From a virus (taxonomy: Duplodnaviria; Heunggongvirae; Uroviricota; Caudoviricetes), in IMG/VR virus record IMGVR_UViG_3300045988_034843: DNA of 25,609 bases; one strand, 5' to 3'. The translations under genes were made by a program, and so were the position numbers. Of this stretch, positions 24,205 to 25,609 are shown piece after piece (position 1 is the first letter of the stretch; each line of letters opens with the position of its first letter). The notes below the pieces were generated by a model. That model was not told where the DNA came from. It saw nothing but the letters and a program-made list of their open reading frames with translations, and did not search any database.

Positions 24205-24219
24205 TTACCGTTGTGGTAA
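24205..24219. promoter_or_regulatory. Dyad operator-like site TTACC-GTTGT-GGTAA (copy 6), embedded in GGTAA-TAG-TTACC-GTTGT-GGTAA-TAG-TACC
   Basis: Centre 25 bp upstream of the terminase small-subunit ATG; extra half-sites on both sides form a tandem GTGGTAATAG(T)TACC direct repeat. Confidence 0.55.
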
Positions 24220-24230
24220 TAGTACCATGC

Positions 24231-24256
24231 AAAATAAAGCCGCCATAGTTGGCGGC
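24231..24256 (-). terminator. Rho-independent terminator (minus-strand reading GCCGCCA-ACTA-TGGCGGC + TTTATTTT)
   Basis: 7-bp GC stem followed by a T-rich run on the minus strand, upstream of the terminase genes. Confidence 0.65.
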
Positions 24257-24297
24257 AGTATTCAAAACCCATCAAATTCATCATGCATAACCCACTC

Positions 24298-24309
24298 GTG
24301 ACATGTCAC
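24298..24309. repeat. 12-bp perfect palindrome GTGACATGTCAC (copy 3)
   Basis: Overlaps the stop codon of the gene at 24306-24644 and lies about 40 bp from the terminator at 24231-24256. Confidence 0.6.
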
Positions 24310-24644
24310 AATATTAATTTCGTTTCATGCCAGCCTTTAGTCACCCAGCATTGCGAGTCACCATTACACGGGCATGAATTCACAGGAACGCTCTCGCCGC
24401 ACTTACCGCAACGTTTTCTGCTGATCGATTTTATACGCCCGCGCACGCGTGCATCATCCTGGCGGATCAGTAACGCTATATACTCACCAAATTCGTAAGG
24501 CGCACGCCCGGGGCGACGCGTGGCACAGTTACGCTCAAGCATTTCAATTTCCTGAGCATCAAGCACAATCTCCAGCTTACGCACACCAGATGCAGCTTGT
24601 CTGGCTCTCTGAGCGGCTTTGCGCTCTGCTGCTGATTTAGCCAT
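24306..24644 (-). CDS. Small basic protein with C-terminal Cys cluster (112 aa)
   Basis: Internal ATG of track ORF 24306-24722 with AAGG 9 nt upstream; basic N-terminus MAKSAAERKAAQRARQAASGVRK; C-terminus CGKCGESVP...CPC...C resembles C4 zinc-finger regulators of the TraR/DksA type (tentative). Confidence 0.5.
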   Translation of the reverse strand: MAKSAAERKAAQRARQAASGVRKLEIVLDAQEIEMLERNCATRRPGRAPYEFGEYIALLIRQDDARVRGRIKSISRKRCGKCGESVPVNSCPCNGDSQCWVTKGWHETKLIL

Positions 24645-24670
24645 TGATTTAACCTTTATTGCGAACATAT

Positions 24671-24892
24671 TTATCTGTGTGTTGCCGATGTGCGGTGATT
24701 CTCTTCTATCAATTCCACGCATTCTGACCGACGAACAAATAATTCTTCTCCGTTATGAATTACGACATAGCCGTAAGCGGTTTTACGCATCACATCGAAC
24801 TCATCCCATACGGAAATACCACACTCTGCTAACGAGCAATCCAAATAATCTTCCGGATGCTTGTCGGTGTTATTAATGATGCGAATCCTCAA
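24671..24892 (-). CDS. Hypothetical protein (73 aa), TTG start
   Basis: Track ORF; AAGGTG RBS about 7 nt before a TTG start; an internal ATG start is an alternative. Confidence 0.4.
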   Translation of the reverse strand: MRIRIINNTDKHPEDYLDCSLAECGISVWDEFDVMRKTAYGYVVIHNGEELFVRRSECVELIEENHRTSATHR

Positions 24893-24922
24893 ATATTTTC
24901 ACCTTTGACGGCAAGTTGCAGG

Positions 24923-25501
24923 TTAGCCACGGTTAACCTCCTGCGGCGGTTCTGGCAGCGGCATCCAGTGGGTTACCTCCTTGAGATACAGGTCTTCGCC
25001 ACCACCGTCATCCCAAGTGGGCTTGCCATCATTAAACCAGTCGCCATATACGCCGACCTGAGTGTTGGGGATGCTTGGTGGGTAGTTGTTTTTAAAGTCA
25101 GCAGCTAACACATAGCATTGTCGCTCTCCCATTTCTGGCATTCGCTCACTACAGCTTATCCAACTATCCGGAGTTACCGGAGAGTTGCGCATTGCGACCT
25201 TTAATGCCTCATAGAAGCAACCTTTCAGATTGTTGAACTGACGCCCATTTAGCGGGCCATGTTCAGTCAGCATGTCGTGTAATTTCCATGCCGCGTCGTT
25301 TACTTCGTTGGATGACAGGGGAGGCAACTTGTAAGTTTGGCTTACAGGTTCTGCACTATCAGCTTCGCGCAGCTTCTGTAGCTCTGCTGCCATCGCTCTC
25401 ACGACTTCAACTGGTGCCCTTGCAGCAAACTCTATGTTGGTGATTAGCTCATTAAGATATTGCTCGCCTGGATACTGTTTCTTATCGGTTATAGTGGTCA
25501 T
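24923..25501 (-). CDS. DUF551-like phage protein (192 aa)
   Basis: Track ORF; GGAGAG RBS; C-terminal WISCSERMPEMGE...VTHWMPLPEPPQ matches the DUF551 pattern common in lambdoid prophage early regions, as I recall it. Confidence 0.65.
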   Translation of the reverse strand: MTTITDKKQYPGEQYLNELITNIEFAARAPVEVVRAMAAELQKLREADSAEPVSQTYKLPPLSSNEVNDAAWKLHDMLTEHGPLNGRQFNNLKGCFYEALKVAMRNSPVTPDSWISCSERMPEMGERQCYVLAADFKNNYPPSIPNTQVGVYGDWFNDGKPTWDDGGGEDLYLKEVTHWMPLPEPPQEVNRG

Positions 25502-25502
25502 A

Positions 25503-25609
25503 TCACTCTCCTTTGATGCGAATGCCAGTGGTACTCATTCTCCTGATTTCCCAGAGCACACGAGGAACACCACCGTTTCCGACCGGATCGCGTTTACTCC
25601 GCAGGGCGA
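25503..25609 (-). CDS. 3' end of an upstream gene (partial), unknown product
   Basis: Open minus-strand frame entering from the window edge and ending ...MSTTGIRIKGE at a TGA (25503-25505) that overlaps the RBS/ATG of the next gene. Confidence 0.35.
   Translation of the reverse strand, partial: ALRSKRDPVGNGGVPRVLWEIRRMSTTGIRIKGE

Noticed and set aside
1-25609. CRISPR array, IS element or integrase
   Set aside because: No regularly spaced direct repeats, terminal inverted repeats with a transposase ORF, or integrase-like ORF were found on either strand.

Overview
This window is almost entirely a prophage morphogenesis region from an enterobacterial host (E. coli-type LexA box, argU-like tRNA-Arg); all protein calls rest on reading the six-frame translations, motifs and gene order, with no database search run. 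Most genes are on the minus strand and read right to left: DUF551-like and small genes (25.6-24.3 kb), small and large terminase (24187-22116), a small protein, portal, scaffold-like protein, major capsid and small head proteins (20947-15846), then a T7-like tail and internal-core set (15846-4969). A plus-strand insert between terminase and portal carries tRNA-Arg(UCU) and a terminator-flanked 140-aa gene (21375-22117). The left ~4 kb (900-4970) is an accessory island in the position the immI region occupies in P22, holding two antirepressor-type genes, membrane proteins and a lipoprotein, followed by the N-terminal part of a depolymerase-type tailspike (899-1, runs off the window). The most interesting non-coding signals are six copies of an ATTACC-N5-GGTAAT dyad upstream of genes, a LexA box in front of a small antirepressor-like gene, and three copies of the palindrome GTGACATGTCAC beside terminator hairpins. 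No CRISPR array, rRNA, integrase or IS element was seen.
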